A stretch of DNA of 62,752 bases, counting the filler, from Basidiobolus ranarum (taxonomy: Eukaryota): NCBI GenBank assembly GCA_040143965.1. It is 35 parts of 35 records of this genome, joined end to end, with 100 filler letters (N's around TTAATTAATTAA, not from the genome) between each part and the next. Parts side by side here need not be neighbours in the genome. Positions count along the whole stretch, not along the records: positions 23,410 to 25,106 come from JASJQH010004530.1; positions 25,207 to 26,903 come from JASJQH010004531.1; positions 27,004 to 28,700 come from JASJQH010004532.1; positions 28,801 to 30,496 come from JASJQH010004533.1; positions 30,597 to 32,292 come from JASJQH010004534.1; positions 32,393 to 34,087 come from JASJQH010004535.1; positions 34,188 to 35,882 come from JASJQH010004536.1; positions 35,983 to 37,677 come from JASJQH010004537.1; 27 more parts are not named here. One strand, written 5' to 3'. The notes beneath the pieces are model-generated. The model was not told the origin of the DNA, did no database searches, and worked only from the letters and a program-made list of their open reading frames with translations. Numbering within the stretch: the first letter of the stretch is position 1; the number at the start of each line of letters is the position of its first letter. Positions 23,410 to 37,777 of the stretch are shown in pieces. The translations under genes and the position numbers were made by a program.

Positions 23410-25106
23410 AGTTTGAATTTATCTCAATTAGGATAGCTACTGGATTACATTCTTCCATTTTAAACTTCTTTAGTATATCTAGGATATACTTAAACTGGTA
23501 AAAAGTTATTGTTTTGATAGTTCTATCTATCTTAATTTGGATTCCAAGACAGTATGTCAGTTCACCAAGATCAGTCATTTTGAATTTAGCAGATAAGCTG
23601 CATTTGGTTTTCTCCAAAGTCTTCAAGTCATTCATTGCTATAATAAAGTCATCTATATATAAGGCTAATAGAACTGGGTTTGTCATATCTGGTATGAAGT
23701 AGATACTATAGTCAGCTTAACTCTTTTGGAATTTGTGTGTTTCCAAAAAGCATTTATCTTGCTATTCCAAGCTCTAGAGATTGATTTAAGGCATAGAGTG
23801 TTTTCTGGAGTCTGCAAACTTTTTTAGGGCTTTCTGGGTCCACAAATCTATCTGGCTGGCCCATATAGGTTTTCACAGCATGCTTGCCACACAAAAAAGC
23901 AGCATTAACATCCATTTGATGTAAAATAAACTGATATTTAGCTGAAATTGCTATAATCAATCTAACTGAATCAAACTTTGCTACAGGAGCAAAAGTTTCT
24001 GTATAATCCATTCCTGGTGATTGGGTATAGCCTTTGTCTAATGGTCTGGCCTTGTATCTTTCTATATTGCCATCCATGCTGTATTTTGTTAAAATTAGCA
24101 TTGCTTAAACATCTATATAGGCATATATAACTTAGTATTTAGTTATTTTATAACTCACTAGGATATTATCAATTATTCTCAATTGGAATGTACTTAGAAT
24201 ATTTTTACCAACTTAGAAGTTCTCAGATATATAGATTTTTCAAACTTGTGCTAGAAGCCCAAACTTTGCTCACATGTTCCTGGGAACTTCCTTAACACAT
24301 TCTACATGTTAGTTTGTTTACATCTTGACAAAACTATAAATGTCAACTTTTTACTCAATAAATCAATAAGAGAAAACCGCCAATTCCTCTATTTCTCCAA
24401 ACCACTTCCAACAGGCTCCCAAATACTTTAACATATTTAACCTTAAACACCCATTGGCAGCCAATTGAGTTTCTATCATCAGGTAAGTTGTTTAAAGTCC
24501 AAGTTTAATTATCAATCAAAGCCTGGTACTCATCAGCCATTGCCAATCTCCAAAACTCTATATGAGAGCCATTCTGGGATTCTTTTACAGTATGGGATTT
24601 GTATATTTGAGCTGTGCAGGCATAGGCCCAATTTTGGGACTCATTGATATAGTAATTGGGGCTATTTCTGATCTGATTGATCTCCTGATTTGGGATAAAG
24701 GTACTGAAACTTCTGGCATTATATTAGGCACTTCAGTAGGCGAAATTTTGGTTGCAGGGTTCACTGGAATGCCATTTTCTTTGTTGTTTTGGTTTGAATT
24801 AATTTGAATGATTGGATCAGGAGAAAATTGATTTTTGTCATCATCTGAGGTCATTTTGGGTGAACATACTTTATGTTCATCCAACAAAACATCTCTGGAC
24901 TTGATTAACTTGGAAGTTTTGGTTTCATAGAGTCTATAGGCCTTAGTTTAAACTTGATATGGTGTAGAGTTAGACAGACTTCTAGGAAAACTCCAATTCT
25001 TCAGATATACAGCTGTAGCAACAGATTCTGCCCAAAAATTATGAGATAAATTTTGTGCATTTATCATAGATCTTGCCATTTCTGTTATAGTCCTGTTAGC
25101 TCTTTC
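23410..25106 (-). mobile_element. Degenerate copia integrase-RT interrupted by a solo LTR
   Basis: DYTETFAPVAK and LYIDD; WVFKVKY|SMDGNIERYKAR is split by the LTR. Confidence 0.93.
24087..24433 (+). repeat. Copia solo LTR family L3 with 5-bp TSD TATTT
   Basis: TGTTAAA...TTTAACA flanked by TATTT at 24082-24086 and 24434-24438; matches 46432 onward. Confidence 0.93.
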
Positions 25107-25206
25107 NNNNNNNNNNNNNNNNNNNNNNNNNNNNNNNNNNNNNNNNNNNNTTAATTAATTAANNNNNNNNNNNNNNNNNNNNNNNNNNNNNNNNNNNNNN
25201 NNNNNN

Positions 25207-25309
25207 AGAGGGTGATGGAAAGTGCCAAATTGTGCCGCATAAGTTTTAGAATACTTTATCCAATATAAAATATACAGCACAATCTGGCACTATCACGGAG
25301 AACAAGTCC
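25207..25309 (-). mobile_element. End of an unclassified TIR element (family C)
   Basis: Ends GAACAAGTCC, the inverse of the AGACTTGTTCC start at 53726; carries TGGCAC/GTGCC subterminal motifs. Confidence 0.55.
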
Positions 25310-25889
25310 AAATTTGACATAATCCAAGAGCTTATTCTCATTGTGAATGGTAATCAGAGTCAGCTATTTGCCAAGTGTCAGTACTATTCAAAATTTCAAA
25401 AGTTTAGCAATCTTTCTACCATTATTTAGCTGGTAAAGCATATTAATGTTATGATTTATGTCTGATCATTCAAATATGTGCATATGTAGAGACTAAACAC
25501 AACAAGATTCCTGTTTTTTTGATTCTCATTATGGCTGGAATACAAAGCCTAAAATAACTAAATAAAGGCATGCATATTAATACAAAGAAAAAAATATCAA
25601 AATAGAAGCATGCATATTAATATTCAAATTCCTATGGCAGTAAACCCATAATTTGTAGTTCAAAAATCATATTTTTGCAAGAATTGTTGAAATTTACAAT
25701 GCATGCAAGATATGAAAATCAATATTTTAACATTTACAAATATTGTCAAAATATCATCAAGAAATTGCCATCACATCATCAAAATCCCTGGCAGAAAGCA
25801 AGCCACCAATTTTATGACAGTTTGCCAACAGTTTTGCAATTTAGATGGGTGGATCTAATTTGAATCAAATTGATTTAATTCTGTTAGGG
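25310..25889 (-). mobile_element. EnSpm-like end B
   Basis: Matches 14800-15340 and ends ctgttaggg. Confidence 0.88.
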
Positions 25890-26330
25890 GGTTTCGTGCT
25901 ATTCCAAGATATGGCTGCTTCACTACAGAAAAAGGTTTATACAGTGATAGATCTTATGTCCTCAATTTCATGTCCCCAATAGCATTACTAAACCAAATTA
26001 GGTCCTTATTCTTGTAAGAATATGTGTATCTTACTCCCAGATCAATTGTCCCCTTCAAACCTCAGGAAATTTGCTTAACTGCTGATGATGCTCTGATCCT
26101 GGGTTTTGCCCATGTAGGCTAACTACTCCAACTGCAAAACAGATAGCTGGTCAGGTTGCAGTCATAGCTTATATCAAACTGCCTACCATAGATTGGTAAG
26201 GGAACTCAAGGCTTTCAAAAGACATATTTTGAGCCATATTTGTCCAAATTTCATCATGTTTGATGGGATTTTTGACTAGTTTCACACCTGTATCCATGGG
26301 TGTTGCTACTGGCTTGCAATTCTCCATCAT
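25890..26330 (-). mobile_element. Copia RT/RNase H fragment
   Basis: Homologous to 54450-54890. Confidence 0.85.
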
Positions 26331-26513
26331 TAGCTAGTGTGAGAGTAGTAACCAGGCAGAGATCTCATCCTTTTGGATATCCTAAGATAGGAAATTGGCA
26401 CTACAACTTCTGGTACTAACTTAGGCAATTAAACCACCTCAGGCTTGGTTGAGGAGACAGCAGGTGAGGAATTTTCAATGTTTTTCTCTCCAATCATGAT
26501 CTGGTTAGAGAAA

Positions 26514-26903
26514 AGACTTGCTCCATTTTATTGAGCCAGATCAGGCCAGCTAAAAAGTGTGTCAACACAAATTGGCATGATTGGGCACTATCTGGCATGA
26601 TGTTATTTACCATTTTGGAAACAGTTTATTTTACCTATGTGGTATGTTTAAGAAAAGTACTTTTAGACATTATTGCACATTCAAAAGATAATGAAAGCTT
26701 TATTCATAGTGTCTTAAGTCTAGAGCTCTCAATGGACATCTTTGAGTATGAATGTATTGAGAATTAATCAAGATTTTGACTACTTTGCCTAACTTTGATT
26801 GAGGCCCACAAAATGATTTTCCTCTATACTTTCCTGCTACAACGCTATATCTCTTTAGGAAACCAAAGCTATGTTCTACTCTTGCTCCAAAATGGAAAAA
26901 AAT
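26514..26903 (+). mobile_element. Unclassified TIR element (family C), terminus plus internal sequence
   Basis: The first ~90 bp closely match 53726-53807, with different upstream flanks. Confidence 0.6.
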
Positions 26904-27629
26904 NNNNNNNNNNNNNNNNNNNNNNNNNNNNNNNNNNNNNNNNNNNNTTAATTAATTAANNNNNNNNNNNNNNNNNNNNNNNNNNNNNNNNNNNNNNNNN
27001 NNNTATATGCTGCACTTGTCTCCAAGGCCACCAAGAATGTGATTACAGGATTGAAGGGCACTACTCCCAATCTTTTGGTTTTCAACTCTAATCAGTAAAC
27101 TGTGTTATAATGGCCTTTCAACTGTATTTAATGAAAAATGTTGCAAACTAAAGTACTATTTTACTATATTCAAGAAGCATTATATTCATATGGAAGCACA
27201 CTCTAAAGTTGTAAAGCATTGGTAAGTGTATGGTAATTAGTGACCGTTGTCTAGGATTATGTGTGATAAAGTGTGAAATATTGGAAAGTATATATGTTCA
27301 CGTCCAGAGTTACATGAATTTTTATTTGGCATTAGCAATGATGACCAATATCAGGAACCAATTTTAATTCTAAGGTAATCAAATAGAAATATCCAGTGAA
27401 AAGAAACTTATTCATTATAGAATACTGATTTTTCCAAGTGTTATCTCATTTAATTGGGGTCTTCCCAGAGTCTCTCAATATATATATATATACATATATA
27501 AACTCATCAATTCCACCATTTCAGCTATCAATGCTGCTTGTATATGAATACACTATTCTCACCAGTATGATCACAAATATTGATGAGTTTGGCTTGCCCT
27601 GGTTTCCTACTTTTGTACCAGCAGGATTT

Positions 27630-27889
27630 AGGTAAACTCATGATGAGATATTTGTAGTGTCCATATCTTGACCTAAAGGCAGTCTTGGGTATATCTTCTG
27701 GTCTCACTTACATCTAATTGTAGCCTGACATAAGATCAATTTTGCTAAATATTATGGTTCCATTAAATTGATCCAGTAGCTCATCTATCCTAGGGATAGG
27801 ATATTTGTACTTTGCAGTGACTGAGTTCAGTGCTTCATAGTCAGTGCTCATTTTTGGGGTTCCATCTTTCTTCTTGACAAACAAAACCA
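27630..27889 (-). mobile_element. Ty3/gypsy RT fragment
   Basis: VLFVKKKDG...DYEALN...[11 protein letters not shown]...[10 protein letters not shown]...DIPKTAF. Confidence 0.92.
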
Positions 27890-28700
27890 CCCTAAAAGAA
27901 ATTTGAGGATTGTTATTGTAGGAAAACCATCACAATTTTAATCCATTTGGGATTGACCATTTACTTACCTTCATAAAATCATCAAGTTGGATTTGATTTT
28001 AATCAATTTTTTCAGTGGCAGGAGTGAGATTTCAAGATCTCACAAAATAGTTGCACATGATTGGCTACAATCTCAGAGAAATATGGATCAACACATGTGC
28101 AAAAAACATAACTGAAATTTTACACATTTACCACTTGAACACTAATTTGTCACCTTCAAAGTCCCTAGTTTCTTTGATATATTCTCCTGAATATTTTTAT
28201 AGAGTTCTTCATACCCAAGGTTTAGCTCATACCCAATATAAGTTGGCATCAGTATCTCCATCAAAGCCCACCATTGTATTGACATTGCTGAATCAATATT
28301 CTTCCAGCTATCTGGTGGATACCCTGCAATATTGTGCCACTCTGTATTAAGTTCTTCCCAGATATCTGCATGGTCAACACCAGACTGAATGTTGGGTTGA
28401 ATGTTCTTCTTCTGAAGCTACTTTCTGCATACCGGCACTGCAGTTTTCCCTTCATACATTTCAAAATACTCCTCAAGCACTTTGACTATTTTGATATATC
28501 CATGTAGTGTGATACTAAAGAGGGTGCTTTGTGGTATTTGTGTGGCTTTCTGTTTGCCTTTAAGCTTTGGGCTAATTTCAACACTTTGAAAAGTACCAGT
28601 TGAGGTTGGAGAGCCATGAGTTTTATTTGCTGTTGTTTTGGCTTGTTAAGAGATGCCAGGTGTTGGATAAACTTCCTAATTTAGCACTCTTCCAACTGGT
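27890..28700 (+). mobile_element. EnSpm-like end A with the ORF2 3' end on the minus strand
   Basis: Collinear with 12750-13560. Confidence 0.92.
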
Positions 28701-30217
28701 NNNNNNNNNNNNNNNNNNNNNNNNNNNNNNNNNNNNNNNNNNNNTTAATTAATTAANNNNNNNNNNNNNNNNNNNNNNNNNNNNNNNNNNNNNNNNNNNN
28801 AGATGATATTCTACACGATGAAATATAATATCAAAAAAACGTCAAAGAGTATTTAAATGCAGGACAAATAACCAACATTTAATTATAAAGATTCAGCTTA
28901 AAAGGACATGTGAGATTACTTAAGTCAACAGTATGTTCTTCCAACATTATACGCTTTCCTCAGCTCGTATATATTTAAGCTGAATTGGATGTCAAAATTA
29001 ATGTACGATGATAGGACAAACCTATCCTATTTCTAGAATAATTTCCACGTTCTCCGCCATGACCACTGCTATAGGTTTTTATTATGCTACATTCCACATG
29101 CTTCTTCTTATATACTAATTTGAAACCGTGTGTGCACAGATTTGATAGTAGAAATACGGTTTCATACTTGGCGGAAAGAGTTCGCGATATGAACTCTATA
29201 TCACCCTATTTCACCACGTATTTTATGTATATAGCTATTGATATGGATTGTAAGGGTCAATTTCACTCAGAGACATCCATTGAAGTTTATGTGAGCTCAG
29301 GTTGGCGACTGTTACGAAATTCTGGCAAACAATTAGATGTTATTGGTTCCATGGGTAAAGATTCAAGACTGTTTAACCTATAATTATGAGCGCATGCTTT
29401 AAAGAACGCATATTTTAGTAAGTATGGCTACTAAATTATATATACCTGGGAGATAAAAGCCAGCTACTTGATGCTAGTTCAATGAAGCAATACAGAATTG
29501 ATATTCTTACTCAGTATTGAATTCATAAGTATTTCTGTACATCTGGTTATGCTATAAATGGAAATTTAGAATATATATCGAATTTCATCTTCAACCGGTT
29601 TCCCAAACCGCCCATCAAATTAATCCCTGATTGATGATTACATCTGCACCAATTTAGCATGAAAAGATGGCACGTACACTCTATAGTTGACGCATTGTAA
29701 TTCTGCCTCTTCTTATGTCGGTCATTCTTTCGTTTTTCAGAAGCTCGATAGAAGCCATAAATATATCCTAAAGATTAATGGGTTATCGCATTAATAGCAA
29801 CACCGACCATTGAGGTGTACGTTTAATTGAAGAATCGCTTTATGGGCAACGTTGATAGGGTCTTTGATGATAAATCTGGCTCCCGATTGTTTCCCAGCTA
29901 TCATACCATAGTATTTTTCTAAGATAATTCTAGAAAATGAAGCAAGTTAGTAAGCACAACCATAAGGAAGGATAAAGCGATGAAGAAATGCAAAAGAACA
30001 TTCGCGTAAGCATAAGCAAATATGGATTTTATATCATCTTTGCTAATTATGATATAGCTGTGTGAAAATGCAAGAATGAAATAGAACACTGTGTCAAAGC
30101 CTAGTAATGTAGTAACAGATATGTAGTGTCTGGATATATTTGAAAACATCAATTCTAATAGTTTCATACCTAAGGTGAATATTATGAGTGGATCATATAT
30201 CACAAATATGAAGTTAT

Positions 30218-30496
30218 TGTCACAATAATGAACTGGGCAAGGACTGGAAACAACAACAAGAGGCTAGAAAGCAGGAGAGTACTTGGGTGTAGACCACAAA
30301 GCAAGACAAGATAGAACTAGACAGGGAAGATACTTTGGCAAGAATCTTTATTGATAACTGGCATTGATCAGACTGAGGTCTGATCTGTTGAAGTTTATTG
30401 TCTTTATCATATTTGTTATCTCTACCTTTATACACCTAACTATTTCATATATCACATATAAGTTAGTTAACATTACTTAGTCAAATATCACTTGGC
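30218..30496. repeat. G1 LTR end (30218-30385, -) interrupted by an L1 LTR (from 30386, +)
   Basis: TGTCACAAT start; TGTTGAAG begins right after the GATCAGAC-TGAG-GTCTGATC hairpin. Confidence 0.9.
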
Positions 30497-30596
30497 NNNN
30501 NNNNNNNNNNNNNNNNNNNNNNNNNNNNNNNNNNNNNNNNTTAATTAATTAANNNNNNNNNNNNNNNNNNNNNNNNNNNNNNNNNNNNNNNNNNNN

Positions 30597-30835
30597 ATTG
30601 TGTAAAATTTGAGTTACGTTTTTTGCACATGTGTTGATCCATAGTTCTCTGAGAATTTAGCCAATCATTTGCAACTATTTTGCAAGATCTTGAAATTTCA
30701 CTCCTGAAACTGAAAAAATTGATTAAAATCAAATCCAACTTGACGATTTTATGACGGTAAGTAAACGGTCAATCCCAAATAGATTAAAATCGTGACAGTT
30801 TTCCTACAATAATAATCCTCAAATTTCTGTTAGGG
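30597..30835 (-). mobile_element. EnSpm-like end A, CpG-retaining (young) copy
   Basis: Ends tttctgttaggg; has CG where other copies have TG or CA. Confidence 0.92.
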
Positions 30836-32292
30836 TTAGTGAACTCAATAGTCAAATCCTGCCTAGGCAAATCACACCTTTGGCCACATAAGCTGCACTT
30901 AGCACTATGGGCTGACAGGATCACTACAGAGAGAACAACTGGAATGTCACCAAACAGACTGATTTATGGACAAGAATGCACCTTCCTATTGAAACAGAAG
31001 CCATAACCTGGAACACTTTGAACTGGAAGACTAACATGACCACCAAAGAGCTTCTCATCAATAGGATAGCCCAAAATGACAGACACAATGTTGATTTGGA
31101 AAAAGCTGCTGAAGAACTAAAGAAAGGCAGAAATGCTAACAAGGACTATTTTGACAAAACACATCCTCTCCAACCAAAGCCACTACTAGTTGAAGAACTT
31201 GTCCTGGAATATGATTCCACTCTTTACAAACAATGGACCAGGAAGCTTGACAATCAATGAAGAGGCCAATACAAAATTGTTAAAGTTGTAGGTAATGGAA
31301 GCTATTGCACAGTAGAACTAGATGGAACAGAACTCAGACTACCAGTTGCAGAGAACAGACTAAAGTTATTCAATACTTGAGGAAACAACTCAACCTGCTG
31401 AGTTTGGTATTTCACCTGAGTTTATAATTCAGAGGGGGGTGGATATAGTGGGGCAGCATTGCTGCCCACTGGCAGGTTGACTTATTCCACTCCAGCTTAT
31501 ATCAATACTATTGCACAATCTCTATCTTGTTATCCAAATCTGATTTACCCGTATTTTCTAGCCAATCAAATCACACCACTAGTATCCCCTATTATTTCAG
31601 ATTTATCAGTATTCACCCACACTAGCCCTATCATTTTCTGGAAAATTCCACAATCTTCCAGAACATTCCACAAATTCTTGGCATACTTGATGATTAATTG
31701 AGTTTTGACCAATCCAAACTTGGTCTTGCCAGAAAATTCCATGACTTTCTGGATTATTCTACAATCTACCGGAACATTGCATGGATTACTAATCTTATAA
31801 TTTATGATGATATCATGATCCCAGATCCCTACCAATAGAATTCTCTGGAAGTTTCCAAAAATTGTCATTAGTAATCATATCTACCTTTAGAAAAGTATTA
31901 ATAGGAGCCCTATCTATTCAAATAAAAATTATTAAGGTTTTCTACTAAAAATTACTACTGGCAATCATCTCTTATTGTCATCACCACTTACAAGACCTTT
32001 GATGGGGAAGCTCAAGAGAGACTACTAAAGACAGTTACAGGCTACTGTGTGACTAGAAAGGACTTGACTGGCTCAAAGGAAGAACTGACAGGTAGTCGTT
32101 ATATTTATGATACTTTATATCTTTTTCCCTGGCTCTGTCTTCACAGGCAAGGAACTTTTCATATCCTTGGATAAATCACTACTAGTACATCCTTGTTCAA
32201 GACCCTGCTGGCTGAGTTTACAGTAGTTTTTGATTGGATATACCCTTTTTATCTGATCTTTCTTGGAGGATGTTGAAGCCAGTATATTCATT
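30836..32292 (+). mobile_element. Second gypsy family (G2): integrase C-terminus, PPT (31431-31443) and probable 3' LTR from 31444
   Basis: RKLDNQ*RGQYKIVKVVGNGSY...ELDG...NRLKLF (degenerate GPY/F region), then AGAGGGGGGTGGA. The LTR end is not seen. Confidence 0.75.
31636..31668. promoter_or_regulatory. Heat-shock-element-like array in the G2 LTR
   Basis: TTCtgGAAaaTTCcaCAAtcTTCcaGAAcaTTC: seven in-phase nGAAn/nTTCn units with one mismatch. Confidence 0.6.
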
Positions 32293-32392
32293 NNNNNNNN
32301 NNNNNNNNNNNNNNNNNNNNNNNNNNNNNNNNNNNNTTAATTAATTAANNNNNNNNNNNNNNNNNNNNNNNNNNNNNNNNNNNNNNNNNNNN

Positions 32393-32567
32393 TCAAATTT
32401 TCACCCATGCTTAACAGGCATGTTTATTATGATCTAAGCACGTCCAATAGTCCTATTTCATAGTAAACTATAAATAGGACATATTCAATTCAATAAAACT
32501 TAAATGTCTAATTTACAAATCCAAATCTTGTCCAAAACACATCCAAATCCTCTAAACACTTTTATCA
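32393..32567 (+). repeat. Copia L2 LTR, 3' part
   Basis: Matches 27-200. Confidence 0.9.
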
Positions 32568-33729
32568 ATAGCCACCCATCTGAACCCCATTAGATAAGCA
32601 TTTAAATTCCACAATTCAAGGCTCCAAGAAGCTATCTATATGAACTGGTGATTTAGGTCCAGATAAGATGGATAGTATCAAAATGTTATAGCTGTTTTAC
32701 CATTAAGAAGGAGGAAGATGTAAGTTAATTAAAATTGTTGGCCAGCAAGCCTTTCCAGTGGTATATTTGCTTGGTAAGAAACTATCCAGAGCCAATGCAA
32801 ATGCATGATCATATGTATTTTCAAAGAAATTTTGACATTTCCAATTCTGGTAGTGATATCCATCAAGAGTATTGGTAATATCATCAGCTTTACAGTGAGT
32901 ACTATGGTACTGGATCAATGATCTATATTTTGGTCATTTCATCAAAACTTTAAGATGGGGAATCAGCTGTATGTCAGCCAAATACAAACAATATTTACCT
33001 GATACAATAATTGCCAATGGTGTGCAAGCAATAAGTGGCTCCAGGCCTTTCAGATCATTGGTGAAAGCCAAAGAGCCATTTGGACAGATGATGAAATCAC
33101 CCAAATATAGATTGTTGATCCAATACCAAAGTACTGACAATAAAGCTGATGGTATTATCAATATACTTGATGGATATCACTACTAGAACTTGAAAAGTCA
33201 AGGTTTCTTGAGATCACATATGATGACACATTTGCATTGGCTCTGGATGGTTACTTGCTAAACAAATATGCCATTGGAAAGGCTTGCTGGCCAATAAATT
33301 TAAATAACTTAAATCTTCCTCCTTCTGAACTAAATACAAGTCATCATATTTTGATATCATCCATCATATCTGGACCTATATAACCTTTACTTATAGATAG
33401 CTTCTTGGAGCCTTTATTTGCAGAATTTGAATAGTTATCTAATGGGGTTCAGTTGGGTGAATATTTTATTAAAGCTAATATCATTGTAAGTATTGGTGAC
33501 ACTTCTACCATCCATAAACTTGGGGGTTTTTGCAAGCTCAATGCACAACATTGCTGTAGACTTTGTTAAATCTATAAAATCACTCTATCAGGCAAACACA
33601 TTACCACTATCCAAATACAAAGAAGACTCTATAATTTTACCATCAAGAGCCTTGTTAGATTTCACCATGATCATTGATATGTATTCACCTAATAGTCAGT
33701 CTAACATCAAACTTGGTATTAGCTGTAAG
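32568..33729. pseudogene. Two inverted EnSpm transposase fragments (32568-~33088 -, ~33088-33729 +)
   Basis: The FALALD(S/G)..., ACWP...NL(H/N)LPPS and SGP blocks typical of Tnp2-family transposases occur on both strands. Confidence 0.85.
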
Positions 33730-34087
33730 TGTCACAATGAGAAACTAGACAATGACTGGAAACAATGTCAAGAGGCTAGAAGGCAGGAGAGTACTTGGGT
33801 GTAAACCACAAGAGAAGAAAAGACAAGACTGGACAAGGAAGATACTTTGGTAAGAATCTTTATCAATAACTGCCATTGATCAGACTGAGGTCTGATCAAG
33901 GAATACATGGGGCTTATATAGATATTGCAAGGTGGAACATAATATACTGAATAGGGAATATACTGTGGCAAGTTCAAGAGTTGGGGTGTTAGGGACTACA
34001 AGGACCAATACAAAGAGGGATGATGCAAGGATGATGTAAGGATGATCAGGTGACCTTCCATGGAAGGTCTTGGCGGAAATACACTAT
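33730..34087 (-). repeat. G1 LTR
   Basis: TGTCACAATG start; contains the perfect hairpin at 33876-33899. Confidence 0.9.
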
Positions 34088-34187
34088 NNNNNNNNNNNNN
34101 NNNNNNNNNNNNNNNNNNNNNNNNNNNNNNNTTAATTAATTAANNNNNNNNNNNNNNNNNNNNNNNNNNNNNNNNNNNNNNNNNNNN

Positions 34188-35882
34188 AGCAACACATTCT
34201 CTGATTAATCTAAAAGAACTGGCCATTTAAGCAAAGATTGCTTTAAAAGAATTGCAAAAGAAGAAAAATGTACTGAATCTGGAAATGTGGTTACAACAGA
34301 AGATCACTTATTCATATCTGCTTTATTTATGACTACCAACAAGGATTCTCAGAAGTGGTTTATTGATTCTGGAGCTCCCCAACATTTCACAAACAAAAAA
34401 CATTGGTTTGTGGATTATGAAGAAATCCCAATTAGAAAGGTTTTCATGGGTGATGACTGCACATTGAATGCTATTTGAATAGGAATAATTCAAGTCAATT
34501 TAACTGGAGCTTCTGAAGAGAAATAATATACTTTTAAGGATGTAATATATGTTGCAGATATTGCCAAGAACTTAATATTGGTATGCATGGCCACCTCAGA
34601 AGGGCTAAAATTTTAATAAGTCAAGATGCACCATCACTGATCAAAATGGGATTTATTTAGCTTTGGGAGAAAAGGATCAGAACTTATACAAGCTTACATA
34701 TAATCCAAGAGGTTTTGGTGTAAAAATAAGTCATTCCAATCAAGAAACTATTCAATTATGGCATAAGATTTGGCTGTATTGGATTTGATTATTGGAACAA
34801 AAAGATCAAAAATTGTTAATTTCTGGAATTCAAATTAACCCTCCTAGCAAAATGGAAATTTGTGAGGATTGTAAATATGGAAAACAAGCCAGGCAACTGT
34901 TCATGAGCTCTGGTTTCTTAAAATCTGTCAAAAAATTGGATTTAATTCATTCAGATTTGTGTGGACCAATGCTTTAGGCAGAAAAAGATATTTAATCACA
35001 TTTAGTGACGATTGTATAAGATACACTGGGTTTACTTTATGGAAGGAAAAGAAGAAGCTCTCTCTATCTTTAGAAACCTTAAAACACTTGTGGAGACTGA
35101 AACTGGAACTAAAATCAAGAAATATCATACTGATAATGGTGGTGAGTATACTTCAACACTATTTAAGCACTTTTGCAAAGTTCATGGAATTAAGCAAGAA
35201 ACAGCTGCCCTCTATTCACCTCAACAAAATGGAGTTGCTTCAAGAGCTTACAGGACTGTAATAGAAATGGCAAGATCTATGATAAATGCACAAAAATTTC
35301 TCATAACTTTTGCATGGAATCTGTTGCTACAGCTGTATATCTAAAGAATAGGAGTTTTACTAGAAGTCTGTCTAAGTCTACACCATTTCAAGCTTGGTTT
35401 GGAGTCAAACCTGATGTAAAACATTTGAGGATCTTTAGATGCATTGCTTATGTCAAAATTATGACCAAAAATTGGTCTAAATTTGATCCAAAAAGTAAGA
35501 AATGCATATTTCTGGGTAATTGTACTCAAACTAAGGCCTACAGACTCTATGATACCAAAATATCCAAGTTAATCAAGTCCAGGGATGTGTTGTTCAATGA
35601 AAATGGAATATTTTCACCCAAAATGATCTCAGATGATGACAAAAATCAATTTTCTCCTGATCTAATCATTTAATTTGATTCAAACCAAAACAACAAAGAA
35701 AATAGCATTCCTGTGGACCCTTCAACCAAAATTTTGCCTAAATGTGCCCAATACAATGCCAGAAGTTATAGTACCTTTGTCCCAAACCAGGAGATCAAAT
35801 TGGATCAGAAATAGCCCTGATTACTATATCAATGAGTCCCAAAATTGGGCCTATGCCTGCACAGATCAAATACTTGAACTCC
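34188..35882 (+). mobile_element. Degenerate copia gag end, protease and integrase
   Basis: WFIDSGAPQH, IHSDLCGP, TDNGGEY, SPQQNGVA. Confidence 0.95.
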
Positions 35883-35982
35883 NNNNNNNNNNNNNNNNNN
35901 NNNNNNNNNNNNNNNNNNNNNNNNNNTTAATTAATTAANNNNNNNNNNNNNNNNNNNNNNNNNNNNNNNNNNNNNNNNNNNN

Positions 35983-37676
<1,694 letters not shown>

Positions 37677-37777
37677 ANNNNNNNNNNNNNNNNNNNNNNN
37701 NNNNNNNNNNNNNNNNNNNNNTTAATTAATTAANNNNNNNNNNNNNNNNNNNNNNNNNNNNNNNNNNNNNNNNNNNN

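Noticed and set aside
27004-27630. Possible additional element or gene
   Set aside because: No interpretable ORF or terminus beyond a short (TA)n run and probable gypsy debris; there is not enough evidence for a call.
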